Program-made: the position numbers and the translations under genes
Notes under the pieces: model-generated
The model's input: the letters and a program-made list of their open reading frames with translations, nothing else
Told to the model about the DNA's origin: nothing
Database searches by the model: none
Shown: positions 53,072-63,753 of the stretch, piece by piece
Numbering within the stretch: position 1 is the first letter of the stretch
Layout of the letters: every line of letters begins with the position of its first letter
Assembly: GCA_963849325.1 (NCBI GenBank)
Contig: CAWKHF010000001.1
Span: 96,001 to 160,000 of the forward strand
Origin: an uncultured Planctomycetota bacterium
GTDB taxonomy: Bacteria > Planctomycetota > Planctomycetia > Gemmatales > Gemmataceae
DNA: 64,000 bases
Direction: 5' to 3'

Positions 53072-55185
53072 ATGATCCGGGCAAAAGGACTGATGGTGCT
53101 GGCGCTGTGCGCCGGCGGTTTGCCGGCGCGGGCCGGCGTGGTCGCGCTGGAGGTCCACCAGCGCGAGCCGTTCGCCGGCGGCAAGGCGTTCGGCGACGCG
53201 GGATTCTACGAGAAGATCACCGGCATCGTCCGCTTCGCCGTCGATCCGGCCCACGCCCGCAATCGAGTCATCGTCGATCTGGAACGCGCTCCGCGCCGGA
53301 CGGCAAGCGGGTCGCGTTCGAGGCGGACTTCTGCATCCTGATGCCGCGCGACCTGGCGCGCGGCAACCGGGCGATCCTCTACGACGTGAACAATCGCGGT
53401 AACAAGCTGGCCCTGAGCTTCTTCAACAATGCTCGCGGGAGCAACGACCCGGCCAGCGAGCACGACGCCGGCGACGGCTTCCTGTTCCGTCGCGGTTACA
53501 GCGTGGTGTGGTGTGGCTGGATTGGCGAACTGCTGCCCGGCGGCGGCCGACTGCTGTTGCATCCGCCGGTGGCGACGGAGGGGGGCGAACCCATCCGCGG
53601 CCTGGTGCGCTACGAAATGAGCAGCGACAAGCCGGTCGAGACCTTGCCGCTGTCCCGCCGCGACGGCCACGGCTGCTACAACCCGACGCGGCGGGGCGAG
53701 GCGGAAGGCGCCCTCACCTGGCGCATGCGCGAGACCGACGAGCGTGTGCCGATCCCGCGCGGGCAGTGGTCGATCGAACGGCTGCCGATTCCGCCGGTCC
53801 CGCAAGGCGTACACGGCACGCTCGGTCAGGTGCGGCTGCGCCTGGTCGGCGGCTTTCGTCCCGGCTATCTCTACGAGCTGATTTGCGAGGCGGAGGGACC
53901 GATCGTGCAGGGTCTTGGCTTCGCCGCCGTCAGCGACCTGGTGTCGTTCCTGCGCTACGACGGCGGCGAAGGCAACCCGCTGGGCCGCGACGGCAAGCCG
54001 GTCATCGCCCGCGCCCACGCCTTCGGCGTCTCGCAAAGCGGCCGTTTCCTGCGGAATTACCTGCACCTCGGCTTCAACGTGGACGAGTCCGGCCGCAAGG
54101 TGTTCGACGGTATGATACCGCACGTCGCCGGCGGCGGACTGGGTTTCTTCAATCACCGCTTCGCCCAGCCGACCCGTCACAACGGCCAGCACGAGGACCA
54201 CCTGTATTCCGCCGACCGCTTCCCCTTCACCTACGGCGATTCCGAGCTGGCCTACCTTCGGGCCGACACCGGCAAGCCGGAAGCGACGCGCCGGCGCGAC
54301 GGCATCCTGCGGCGCACGGCGAGCGAGGACGTGAAGCTGCTGCCGAAGGTCCTGCACACGCAGAGCGCCGCCGAATACTGGCACCGCAGCGGTTCGTTGG
54401 TCCACACGGACCCGCTCGGTAGACGAGACGCCGGCATCCCGGAGAACGTGCGCGTCTACGCTTTCGGCGGCACGCAGCATGGCCCGGCCGCCTGGCCGCC
54501 CAGCCGCGGCAACGCCGACAACCTCCTCAATCCGGGCGATTATCGTCCCTTCCTCCGCGCCTTGCTCGATGCTCTCGACACCTGGGTCAAGGACGGCACG
54601 GCGCCGCCGCCGAGCGTGTATCCACGCATTGACAACGGAACACTCGTAGACTGGAGGCAGCGGAGCACCGGCTTTCCCGCCCTGCCGGGCGTGCGCTACC
54701 CGCAAGTCATTCATCGTCCGCTGATCGCCGATTTCGGCCCGGATTTCGAGTCCAAAGGCATCCTCACCGTCGAGCCGCCGCGTATCCTGGGACAGTATGT
54801 CGTCCTCGTGCCCAAGAGTGACGCGGATGGCAACGATCTAGGTACGCTGTTGCCGGTCGAGGTGGCCGTGCCCGTGGCGACGTACACCGGCTGGAACCTG
54901 CGCCGCCGCGACGTCGGCGCCGAGGCGATGCTGGCCAACCTGTCCGGTTCGTACATCCCGCTGCCGCGTACTAGGGCGGAACGCCGGAAGACGGGTGATC
55001 CTCGGCCGTCGATCGCGGAACGCTATGGCTCTTTCACCCACTACTGCAAGCAGTGGGACGACGTTTGCAAAGACCTGGTGCGACGGCGCTACCTGCTGGC
55101 CGAAGACGTGGAACGGCTGACCGCGAAGCGCGAGAGGCGCGCACGCTGTTTTCGGAAGGGCCATAACGGGAGGAATGACAAATGA
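53072..55185 (+). CDS. Exported alpha/beta-hydrolase-domain protein (frameshift near 53295)
   Basis: Signal peptide; YDVNNRG, GVSQSGRFLR, GTQHG. Confidence 0.8.
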
Positions 55186-55724
55186 AGAGTTTACCAATGG
55201 TTTTTGTCTCGGTCCTGGTTGTCCTGGCAGCCACGAACGCGCATGCGGAGGAGAAGAAGGGGCCGACCATCTCGGACAAGACGTTCCGGCGGGCCAGCTT
55301 CCTGCTCCTGGATGATCCGCTGAGCAAAACCGCGCGCGATTCGGCGCGGCTCATCCTGCTTTACACCCTGCAGAAGCCCAATGCCGCCGTGGGACTGAGC
55401 CGGCAGGAACTGAGATGGATCGGCAAGGGCGACCAGCGCAGTCTCTTGTTGCTCGCCGCCTATGCGGCCGGCGACGTGGGGTCGCAGCTCAACTCCGGCG
55501 TCAAGCGCAACGATCGCTATTCCGGGCTGCTGTGCCTCTTTCGCGTGTACCGGGCCTTACGCGAAAAAGAGGAGAGTTTCAAGGTCTCCGAGGTCGAAGA
55601 CCTTCTTCAGTTGCACCAGGAGGGCAAACTGGTGAACCACCTTCAGAAACTCGAAGAGAAGACGCCGACCAAGCTGAGTCCGGCGGAGGAACAGGTCATC
55701 CGCAAACTGATGGAGCGGAAGTGA
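55182..55724 (+). CDS. Exported hypothetical protein
   Basis: Signal peptide ending AHA; GGAGG RBS; overlaps the upstream stop. Confidence 0.7.
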   Translation: MKSLPMVFVSVLVVLAATNAHAEEKKGPTISDKTFRRASFLLLDDPLSKTARDSARLILLYTLQKPNAAVGLSRQELRWIGKGDQRSLLLLAAYAAGDVGSQLNSGVKRNDRYSGLLCLFRVYRALREKEESFKVSEVEDLLQLHQEGKLVNHLQKLEEKTPTKLSPAEEQVIRKLMERK

Positions 55725-55740
55725 ACGGTGATCCAAAGAA

Positions 55741-55797
55741 ACGAGCCGCGAGCGCCAGTGAGCGGCGTCCTGTCGCTCGCTGGCGCTCGCGGCTCGT
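55741..55797. repeat. REP-like palindrome (GAGCCGCGAGCGCCAGTGAGCG arm)
   Basis: Inverted arms. Confidence 0.8.
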
Positions 55798-55800
55798 CCA

Positions 55801-55915
55801 AGAGTCTGTCCCCTACGGGTTGTGGCGGCACGTTTCCAACGTGCCGGAGGGCCGGAGAATCCAGCAGATCGGCACGTTGAAAACGTGCCGCCACAACCCG
55901 TAGGGGACCGACTCT
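55801..55915. repeat. REPIN-like long palindrome with internal GGCACGTT..AACGTGCC units
   Basis: Long inverted arms, each with an internal hairpin. Confidence 0.85.
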
Positions 55916-56927
55916 AAGTGTTGACCAGCGGCCGGCTCTTCTCGCCCTTGCCGTCGAGCCGGTCGAGGTGCGCCCCCCACTTCTTCGCCAGGGCGACTGT
56001 CTTTTCCTTCAGCTCGTTCGCCTCCGCGGGCGTCATCGGCTTGAACGTCTTCGCCCACTCGACGTTCTGCTCCAGCTCCTTTTCCGACCCCATGCCGATG
56101 ACGGTCAGTGTCACTCCCTTGACACTCTGGGCGAAGCGAAACGAATCGTGCATCAGCTCGGCCGGCATCTTGCAGGTTGTGATGCCGCCGCCGAAGACCT
56201 TCATCGCCGCCAAACCGATCTTCTTCTTGCGTGCCTGGGGCCAAACCACGTCTTCAAAGGCGTAAGTATGGCGATCGACGACATTGACCGCATTCATCAT
56301 GACGTCGATGTCGCGGCGAGCGATGACTTGCGCGAACTTCTCGGGACGGTTGTGGCCGGTGATGCCGACGAAGCGCGTCAGGCCATCTTTTTTGGCGCGT
56401 TCGAGGGCCGCCATCGGTCCCGCGTCGCCGACCAGCGCATCGAAGTCGTAGACGGCGTGGCCGATCGAGTGCGTGTACGTCAGGTCCACCTGCTCCACGC
56501 CCAGCTCGTCCAGGTTCTTCCGGAGCAGATCGAGGGTCTTGTCGCCGTCCGTCTCCAGGCATTTGGTAACGAGGAAGACCTCCTTGCGTCGTTCCTTGAG
56601 CACGCCGTTGAGGAATTGCTGTGCCCGGCCGTAGCCGGTGAGGAAGGCGAGGCGCGTTCGCGGCGGCGCCGTGTCGATGTAGGTGACGCCGAGATCGATG
56701 GCCTTGTGCAGCAGCGCCACCGCCTTCTTTTTGTCGCCCAGGTTGCCCAGGGCGACGGTGCCCAGCCCGAGGATGGGCACACGGACGCCTGTCTTACCCA
56801 GCGGACGCTGCGGCAGACGCGCGCCGCCCTCGCCTCGCATGGGCGGAGTGTTCCCCAGCAGCACGGCGGCGCCGGCGGCACCGGCGCGGAGAAAATCGCG
56901 TCGGGACAGGGAGGCTTTCTCGTTCAT
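55914..56927 (-). CDS. Tat-exported aldo/keto reductase
   Basis: SRRDFL; LGKTG, IDTA, LVTK, GITGH, AMKVFGG. Confidence 0.9.
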   Translation of the reverse strand: MNEKASLSRRDFLRAGAAGAAVLLGNTPPMRGEGGARLPQRPLGKTGVRVPILGLGTVALGNLGDKKKAVALLHKAIDLGVTYIDTAPPRTRLAFLTGYGRAQQFLNGVLKERRKEVFLVTKCLETDGDKTLDLLRKNLDELGVEQVDLTYTHSIGHAVYDFDALVGDAGPMAALERAKKDGLTRFVGITGHNRPEKFAQVIARRDIDVMMNAVNVVDRHTYAFEDVVWPQARKKKIGLAAMKVFGGGITTCKMPAELMHDSFRFAQSVKGVTLTVIGMGSEKELEQNVEWAKTFKPMTPAEANELKEKTVALAKKWGAHLDRLDGKGEKSRPLVNT

Positions 56928-57069
56928 AACCCAGCTCCTTCGGAAAGGGGATGCCCGTCGCGATGGTCGCATCCGAGCTTCTCGTTATCGAGAGAATAAT
57001 CGGCGGAGGCGTCCTTGCATTCCACGGCGGCCAGCCTTCGGCCCGGCGCCGATTTGTAAACGGCTGAGC

Positions 57070-57086
57070 TTCCGCAACTTGCGGAA
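57070..57086. promoter_or_regulatory. Perfect 17-bp palindrome, candidate transcription factor site
   Basis: TTCCGCAA-C-TTGCGGAA in a divergent intergenic region. Confidence 0.45.
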
Positions 57087-57257
57087 TTTGCCCTTGTCCG
57101 TTCCCGCCTCCATCCGGTAAAACTTGGTTACGGGCGAAGGCGCGGAACGGAAGCCACGTGTGCCCGACCGCACTTTCCGCCGCTCCGGGGGATTTCTCAA
57201 AGGCGAGCGAAAATCCCTCACTTTGTGTTCCCGCACTGTCTCGAAAGGAGTCTTGCC

Positions 57258-57467
57258 GTGCTGGTCCTGTCTCGCCGTCTTCACGAGAAAATCGTTCTGC
57301 CCGGCCTCAACGTGACCATCCAGGTGGTCGCCGTCAAGGGAGGCACCGTCCGCATCGGCATCGAGGCGCCGCCGGACGTGCAGGTGATGCGTGAAGAACT
57401 GCTCGACCAGTCCCTGGCGCCGGCCGTGCTTGGCCGGAACGCCGACAAACAACTTTGTCATGCGTGA
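57258..57467 (+). CDS. csrA: Carbon storage regulator CsrA family protein
   Basis: MLVLSRR..E.I...VRIGIEAP..V.VMREEL; AAGGAG RBS, GTG start. Confidence 0.9.
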   Translation: MLVLSRRLHEKIVLPGLNVTIQVVAVKGGTVRIGIEAPPDVQVMREELLDQSLAPAVLGRNADKQLCHA

Positions 57468-57536
57468 CCCCCACGCAGTCGCAGTAACCGCTTGCGGCTT
57501 CGCGCTTGTCGCCAAGCCGCAAGCGGCCCTTCTGAT

Positions 57537-59313
57537 TCACGGCTTGTCGCCGTCGAGATAATAATCGATCCATCCAATCATCATCTCTTCCCACGTCTGA
57601 TCGCCCCAGTAGACCGCCTGCTTGGGGTCGGGATTGTTGGGATTGTTGGCGGAGTTATCGAAGTGGGCGACGCAGTGGAGCTTGGACCCCTTGGGCATCG
57701 CCACCGGCTGAGCCAGGCGGTAGACGCTCTGCCAGCCGAAGTCGTAGCGCGGCACCGAGAGCAGGACTTCCTTCTTGCCGTCGGGGTAGAGGGCTTCGTA
57801 GAGGAAATCCTTGCCGCGCAGGTGCATGTGCGGCATGAAGTGCAGCAGGTGGGCGTCCTCCTTGAAGACGTACTCGGCCTCGATCTTGTAGTTGGCCGCC
57901 CCGGCCGGGATCTTGTCGAAGCGCGTCAAAAACGACGGGTTGTAAACGGGCTTGGTCAGGACGCGGTGCCGCGGCGGCTCCTTGGCGAAGATCATCGCGA
58001 CCGAGGACTGATCGCGGTACGGCTTGCCGTTGGGCGTGTAGTGCATCTGGAAAATCAGCCGGGCGCCGGCGGGGATTTTCTTGCCTTGGTCCGGCGGCAG
58101 GTCGAGCGGCATGTCGCCGGGAGCGGTGCCGCACAGGACGGCGCCGGGCGCATCGGGATTAAAAAGCTCTCCCTTGGGCACGATGAAGACGACGATGTGA
58201 TGGACGACGGCCGGAGCGCCGGCTCGCGCCACGGCTCGCTGCACCCAGCGGTCTTCCCTGAAGCCCGGATCGACCGTGAAATACTGGTAGGGAATGCCGC
58301 CCTTGGGCGTCTGGGCCGGCACCTCGTAGGCGCGCGGCATCGGGATGACCAGGTCCGGCTTGCCGATGCTCCAGCCTTCGACGAAGCGGCGCGGCGGCGG
58401 CAAGTCCTTGTCGTCGCCGCGCGGAGTGCCGTGGTCGATCCAGCTCAGCAGCGTGTCGCGGTCCTCGTCCGACAGGTGGCGGTCGTTGCGGAACTTGCCG
58501 TAGCGCGGATCGGCGTGCCAGGGTGGCATGCGGCCGTCACCGACGACCTCGCGGATGGTGTCCGACCAGGCCACGGCATCGTCGAAGGTCAACAGCGCCA
58601 TCGGGCCAATCCGCCCCGGTCGGTGACACTCCTGGCAGTTCTTCTGCAAGATGCGGCTGACGTGGTGCGCGTAGGTGATTTTCCCATCCGCCTTCGGTCG
58701 GGCGACGCGGCTGATCCGGCAGCCGGTCGCCTCGGTTGCAGCCAGAGACACAGGCTTGCCGGCCAGCACTTCGTCCAGCGCCGCAGCCAGGTCGCGCCGC
58801 GTCGGCTTGCCCGGCCGCGCGTAGCCGATGCCGAACTGATCGTCGATGCGCCCCTGGTACAGAATGCTACCGCCGGTGTCGAGGACGAACGCTTCCGGCG
58901 TGCGGCGGGCGCCGGACTGGTCGGCCAGCTTGTTGCCGGCGTCCTTGACGACCGGAAAGGCGATGGCGTGCCGGCGAGCGTGGGCCGCCACGCGCTCCAG
59001 GCCGTCCTGCGAGTTGGCGTTGATACCCAGGAAGGCGACCCCCTTGCCGTGGTATTTCTTGTGCAGTTCCGCCAGGACGGGCAGGTACAGGTTGCTGACC
59101 GGACATTCGACGCCGAGGAAGACCAGGACGACGGCTTTCTTGTCCTTGAAATCGGCCAGGGAGACCGTGGCCTGGTCGCGCGGATCCTGGAGACGGAAAC
59201 CGTCCACTTTTCGGCCAGCAGCGGTGCGCAGGCTCGGCACGCGGCCCGCCCTCACCCCCCAGCAGGACGACGGACCCGATCAGGAATACGTAGGTGGTGA
59301 AACGCATCGACAT
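57537..59313 (-). CDS. Exported redoxin + CxxCH + PHM-like copper monooxygenase multidomain protein (frameshift near the N-terminus)
   Basis: ECPVS..Y, YQGRIDD, CQECH, VVHH, QMHY, PHMH, EEM. Confidence 0.85.
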
Positions 59314-59345
59314 GACATAGCCTCCTGATCCGTGGGAGTGATTCC

Positions 59346-59400
59346 TCAGTTGTCAGTTGTCAGTTGTCAGTAATTCAGACAACTGACAACTGACAACTGA
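59346..59400. repeat. Inverted heptamer array (AGTTGTC)x3 / (GACAACT)x3
   Basis: Read directly. Confidence 0.92.
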
Positions 59401-59402
59401 TC

Positions 59403-60264
59403 CTACAGTCCCGGACGCGGCTGGACCTTCACCTCGATCTCCTTGCCGCCGCGCTGGACGCCCACCGATACGGTGGTCCCCGGTTGGACGTGACCGGCGG
59501 CCGCGTACAGATCGGCGAGCGTGTCGGTCCAGCGGCCGTCGAGGGTCAGCAGACGGTCGCCCGGCTTGAGTCCGGCCGCGGCCGCGGCGCCGCCGGCCAG
59601 CACTTCCTTGACGATCACGCCCGCCTCATCGTCGCCATCCGGCTTGTGCGCCACCAGACCCCATTGTCCGGCCGGCGCCAACACCTTCGGCGGCGGCGAA
59701 CCGCTGGTCATGAGCTGGAGCATCGTCGATTCGATCGAGCGCAGGACGTTGGCTGGCTTGTAGCCGTTGGCAACGAGGGTCAGCGTCTGGGCCTGGTAAT
59801 CGATGGTCATCTTGTAGCGTGCGAAGAAGGGGAAGCCGACAATACCGTAGAGCGGCCCCAGCTTGTGCGACATCAACTCGACCAGGGGATGATCCATGAT
59901 GATGGCGGGTTGGTCGGCGGCCTTCGCCGTGCCGACTTCCATCTCCTTCACCGTGACTTCGCCGATCCGACCGAGAAACGGCAGCGTCGATGGCGGCGTG
60001 TCCCGAAGCAGACCCGCCTCGCGGGCCAGTTTGTTGTTGAGCAGGTTGATCGGAGGCGCCGGTGTCGAAGACGACGCGGTACGGACCCTTGCCGTTGACC
60101 TTGATCCTCACCGCCATGTGGCCACTCTTGAGCAATTCAAACGGCACGACGACCGGCCGGGCGGCGGGTTTCTCGATCGGCTTGACGGACGGTTGCTCCG
60201 CGGCCGACAGCCGCAGCGTCCCAGACAGGGCCAACACCGCAAGAAGTAGATGACGAGGTTTCAT
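59403..60264 (-). CDS. Exported retropepsin-like aspartyl protease with C-terminal PDZ domain (frameshifted)
   Basis: VFDTGA, GIVGFPF, AAAAGLKPGDRL. Confidence 0.85.
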
Positions 60265-60265
60265 G

Positions 60266-61104
60266 TCACAGGCCCTCCCCGATCTTGACGGTGATCTCCC
60301 ATTTTTCCTTGCCGCGCCGCACGGTCAGCTTGAGGTCTTCCCCGGGGAGGAGACGGCCAAGGAAGCGGCTGCACATCGTCGCTATCGAGGACGCTGCGCC
60401 CCTGGACGCGAGTTATGCGATCGCCGGCCTTGACCCCCGCCTTGCCGGCCGGACCTTCGGCGAGGACGGACTGCACGACGGGGTTGTCCTCGTCGTCTTT
60501 CAATTCCACGCCGAGGAAGCCGCGCAGCCGCACGGGTGGACTGGCCTTCGTGCCGAGCAGATGGCCCAGCGATTTCAGAATGCCGCCCAGGAGGTCGATC
60601 TCCCCGGCGCCGCGGGCCTTGCCGGCCAGCGACAGCGCCATCTTGGGTTTGCCTTCCAGCTCCGTCCACACCATCTTGTCGCGCGTCAGGTCAATCTCCA
60701 TGCGGTAGCGCGCCAGGACGTTGTAGCCGATCATGCCGTGCAACTCGACGCCGGCGAGTCCGAGTCCGTTCATGCCCTCGACCTGCGGAGGGGTCTCGAC
60801 GCGGCCCTGGAGCTTGGTAGGACGACGCCGCCCTCGATCTCGAAGCGATCGAAAGTGCCCCAGCCCTTGTCGTCGGCCTTGACGCCGAGCTTGTCGCGCG
60901 ACCGGCACGGCGACGAACAGGGCCGGCGCTCCGGTATCGACGATGAAGTTGTACGGTCCCTTGCCGTTGATCTTGGCCCGCACGAGGATGTGTCTGGGTT
61001 TGGTCAGCTGATAGGGAACCTGGAACGATTTGGCCGGCCCCTCCGCCCGTCGCCGGCGGCGCGAGGCCGAGCGCCGCCAGGACAACACAGCAGAGTATTT
61101 TCAT
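60266..61104 (-). CDS. Exported retropepsin-like aspartyl protease with C-terminal PDZ domain (frameshifted)
   Basis: IVDTGAP, GMIGYNVL, FLGV...PAGKAGVKAGDRI. Confidence 0.85.
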
Positions 61105-63153
61105 CGCAAGACTCCCGAGATGCGGACTCCGAGGGATGGGACGACACTCCGCGGATTATAACAGATGCGACAGCGATCGTTTAGCCGCGAGCGGGGGGCG
61201 TCAGCGCCCTCGAGTCTCGCGAGCACTCGGCGGCTGACGCAACCCGCTCCAGGCATTTCGCGATCCATTTCGTCTTTGGAGCGCTGGCCATCCCGGCGGA
61301 CCTTGATCCGACCCGGCGTGTCCGATGTGGCCCCGAGGAAGATGTAACACATCTCATCGGTGGTCTGTTCGCCGAATTTCACCCAGCGCGGCGGGTTCGA
61401 CGGGTTGTTCGGGTTCTTGTCGGTGTTGTCGTAGATGGCCTCGACCTGCAGGCGCGTGCCGGGCTTGAGGGCGATGGGTTCCTTGAGGAAATACGTCTCC
61501 TGCCAGTTGTAGTCCCAGTCCTTGATGGCCACGAGGGTCGTCGGCCGGCCGTCCGGCGGCGTGAGCGTCACCTTGACTTCGCGGCCGAGCATGTGCATGT
61601 GCGGCATGACCGAATACAGCATGCACTCCTGCTGCACCTCCAGGCCGCCGTGGACGACGAAGCGCTCCTTGCCGGGCGGGATGAGGAGGAAGCGGCCGGG
61701 GATGACCATGCCCTTCCACGGCTTGGTCTTACCGTCCTTGGCGAAATAAAGTCCGATCGACGTGCGGTCCTTCTCGACGCGGCCATTGCGGTGATAGTGC
61801 AGTTGCAGAATGACGTCGGCGCCGGCCGGCAGACGATAGCCGTAGCCGTCCGGCAGATGGCGGATCATCTGGCCCGGCGCCCATCCGCCCAGACCGCCGA
61901 CCGCGCCCGCCTGAGGGATGAAGCCCAGCCCCATCGCCACGGAGTACCCCGGCCCGCGATCCTGCGCCGGTCTTCTCCTGGAGGCGTTCCTTCTTCTCCA
62001 TCTCGCGCGCCTTGCCGCTGGTGTCGAAGAAGTTGAGGGAATGATGGACGACGCGATGATTGCCCGGCCGCACTTCGACGGCGGTGACGTACTTGTCCTC
62101 GGGCAAGCTCGTGGGCAGGACGAAGCAGCGGAACAGGTCGGGACCGCTGGCGCCGAGGGTCATCTCCTCGGGGACGGTCAAAACGAGGTCGGGTTGACCG
62201 AGCTGCCAGCCGTCCACGAACGTCCGCGGCGGCGGCGCGTCCTTGGGATCGCCCTCGGGCGTACCGCCGTCCACCCAGGCCGACAACGTGCGGATGTCCT
62301 TCTCCGACAACTTGCGCTCGTTGTGGAAGGCCGGACCTTCGACCGGCTTCCACGGCGGCATCTTGCGCTCCTGCGCGTATTCCTTGAGGTCGCCGGCCCA
62401 GTTGAGGGCCTGCTTGTACGTCATCAATGCGAACGGGCCGACCGCGCCGGGCCGATGGCACTCCTGGCAATTCTTCTGCAGGATCGGCAGGACATCGCGG
62501 TGGTAAGTGACGGCGCCGTCCGCGCGGGCCGTTCGTTCACGCGGAATGGGACAGCCGACCGGCCGGGTGGCCGGCTCACTCACGGCCTTGCCCGCCAGCA
62601 ATTCATCGAGCGCCTGGCGCAGATCGAAACGGGTGGTTCGACCATTCTTCTTCAGGCGAGCATAGTAACCGTTATCGATACGGCCGCGATAGCGGAGGAC
62701 GAAGTTGTGATCGAGCACGAACGCCGACGGCACGGTGTCGGCCTTGAAGGCGTCGGCGGCGCGAAAGCGCTCGTCCTTGAACACGGGAAAGGGCAGCTTG
62801 AACTCGGCGGCCTGCTTGGCGATCTGGGCGGCGTCGCCATCGTCGCTGCTGTTGACGGCCACGAACGCGACTTGCTTGTCGCGGTAGGTCTTCGCCAGCT
62901 CCGCCAGCGCCGGCGCGTAGCTGGTGGACACAGGGCACTCGAACGACAGAAAGACGACGACGATCGCCTTTTTGTCCTTCAGCTCGTACAGCGACCGGGC
63001 CTCGCCCCTGGCGTCCGCGAGCGTCACATTCTCGATCTTCTTGTTGAGCTTATCGACGACCAGATCCGTATCGGCGCGAGCGGACGCGCCGGTCGATCCG
63101 ATCCGTGCCATCAAGACCAGCAAGAGGACCGAACCCAATAGCCATCGCGGCAT
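61101..63153 (-). CDS. Second redoxin + CxxCH + PHM-like copper monooxygenase protein (frameshift near 61980; true stop probably earlier, around 61250)
   Basis: ECPVS..Y, YRGRIDN, CQECH, VVHH, QLHY, PHMH, DEMC. Confidence 0.85.
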
Positions 63154-63282
63154 AAGATTTCTCTCCAGGCAATTCCGTGTGGGATGAACGTTTACGGATC
63201 GATAATCCAGCATAGGGAATTTACTCGCCGGGCGACATCCGGGTTTCAATTCGGAGCTCGCAGCATCAGCGAGGGAAGCCCG

Positions 63283-63317
63283 AAAAGACCAGAAGCCGGT
63301 GACTTGCGTCACCGGCT
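63283..63317 (-). terminator. Terminator-like hairpin
   Basis: AGCCGGTGAC-GCAA-GTCACCGGCT then TCTGGTCTTTT. Confidence 0.55.
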
Positions 63318-63396
63318 CGCAGGAAGGTGCTTCGGGAAGTGGGTCGTAGGCATGGGAGTGGGCCGCGGGAAACAGCCCGACAAGGTATTCGATGGC
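63283..63396 (-). ncRNA. Candidate sigma54-dependent ~115-nt small RNA or attenuated leader with C-rich motifs
   Basis: Consensus sigma54 promoter upstream; ends in a 10-bp GCAA-loop hairpin plus U-rich tail. Confidence 0.5.
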
Positions 63397-63406
63397 GAGA
63401 TTGGAC

Positions 63407-63422
63407 AGCAAGTGCTGTGCCA
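63407..63422 (-). promoter_or_regulatory. sigma54 promoter
   Basis: TGGCAC-AGCAC-TTGCT, exact match to TGGCAC-N5-TTGCW. Confidence 0.8.
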
Positions 63423-63652
63423 TAGCAAACGGTCGGCGACGGGATGCCGCCGTAAACGCTCATCTCCGCTGCCTTTGAGAAAAAGGAATGTCCATTCTGC
63501 CCGAAGGAGTAATCGGCGGATCGTGCAAGTTTTACTACGCGGCCCTGAAAGAAAGGAAAGCGTCGGGAATGTCGGTTCCGATTCGCGGCACCCTGGAGCC
63601 ACGAAGGCGCGGTTGATTTCGTGAAGCTTGCGAAGAAGTAATCCTCCCGCTC

Positions 63653-63681
63653 TTGCCTGCGGCCCTGGGTTGTGGCATTCT
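63653..63681 (+). promoter_or_regulatory. sigma70 promoter with extended -10
   Basis: TTGCCT-N17-CATTCT with TG one base upstream of the -10. Confidence 0.55.
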
Positions 63682-63687
63682 TACTAT

Positions 63688-63753
63688 TGTCACGTTGATT
63701 GGGCGACAGCGTGACGTGGGCCGGCTCCTCTTCGGGGGAGCCGGCCTTTTTTT
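63688..63753 (+). ncRNA. Candidate ~65-nt two-hairpin small RNA
   Basis: Promoter, 9-bp hairpin, then strong terminator; no ORF between them. Confidence 0.5.
63719..63753 (+). terminator. Intrinsic terminator
   Basis: GGCCGGCTCCTC-TTCG-GGGGAGCCGGCC-TTTTTTT. Confidence 0.85.

Noticed and set aside
61101-61250. C-terminal tail of the second monooxygenase as real protein
   Set aside because: It spans a degenerate palindrome and a TATAAT promoter element, and the paralog ends just after the EM motif. A missed stop is likely.
1915-62000. Many split genes (DUF1501, secA paralog, cysE, lysC, SNF2, A2M, tkt and others) as pseudogenes or programmed frameshifts
   Set aside because: Indels are single-base, patchy and hit housekeeping genes, while codon bias and motifs stay intact and I saw no in-frame nonsense substitutions. 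This is typical of low-coverage long-read consensus error and needs read-level confirmation.
63420-63480. c-di-GMP-I riboswitch suggested by GCAAAC
   Set aside because: It lacks the GNRA-capped P2 and the downstream GCAAAG/P3 elements, and it abuts the sigma54 promoter on the other strand.
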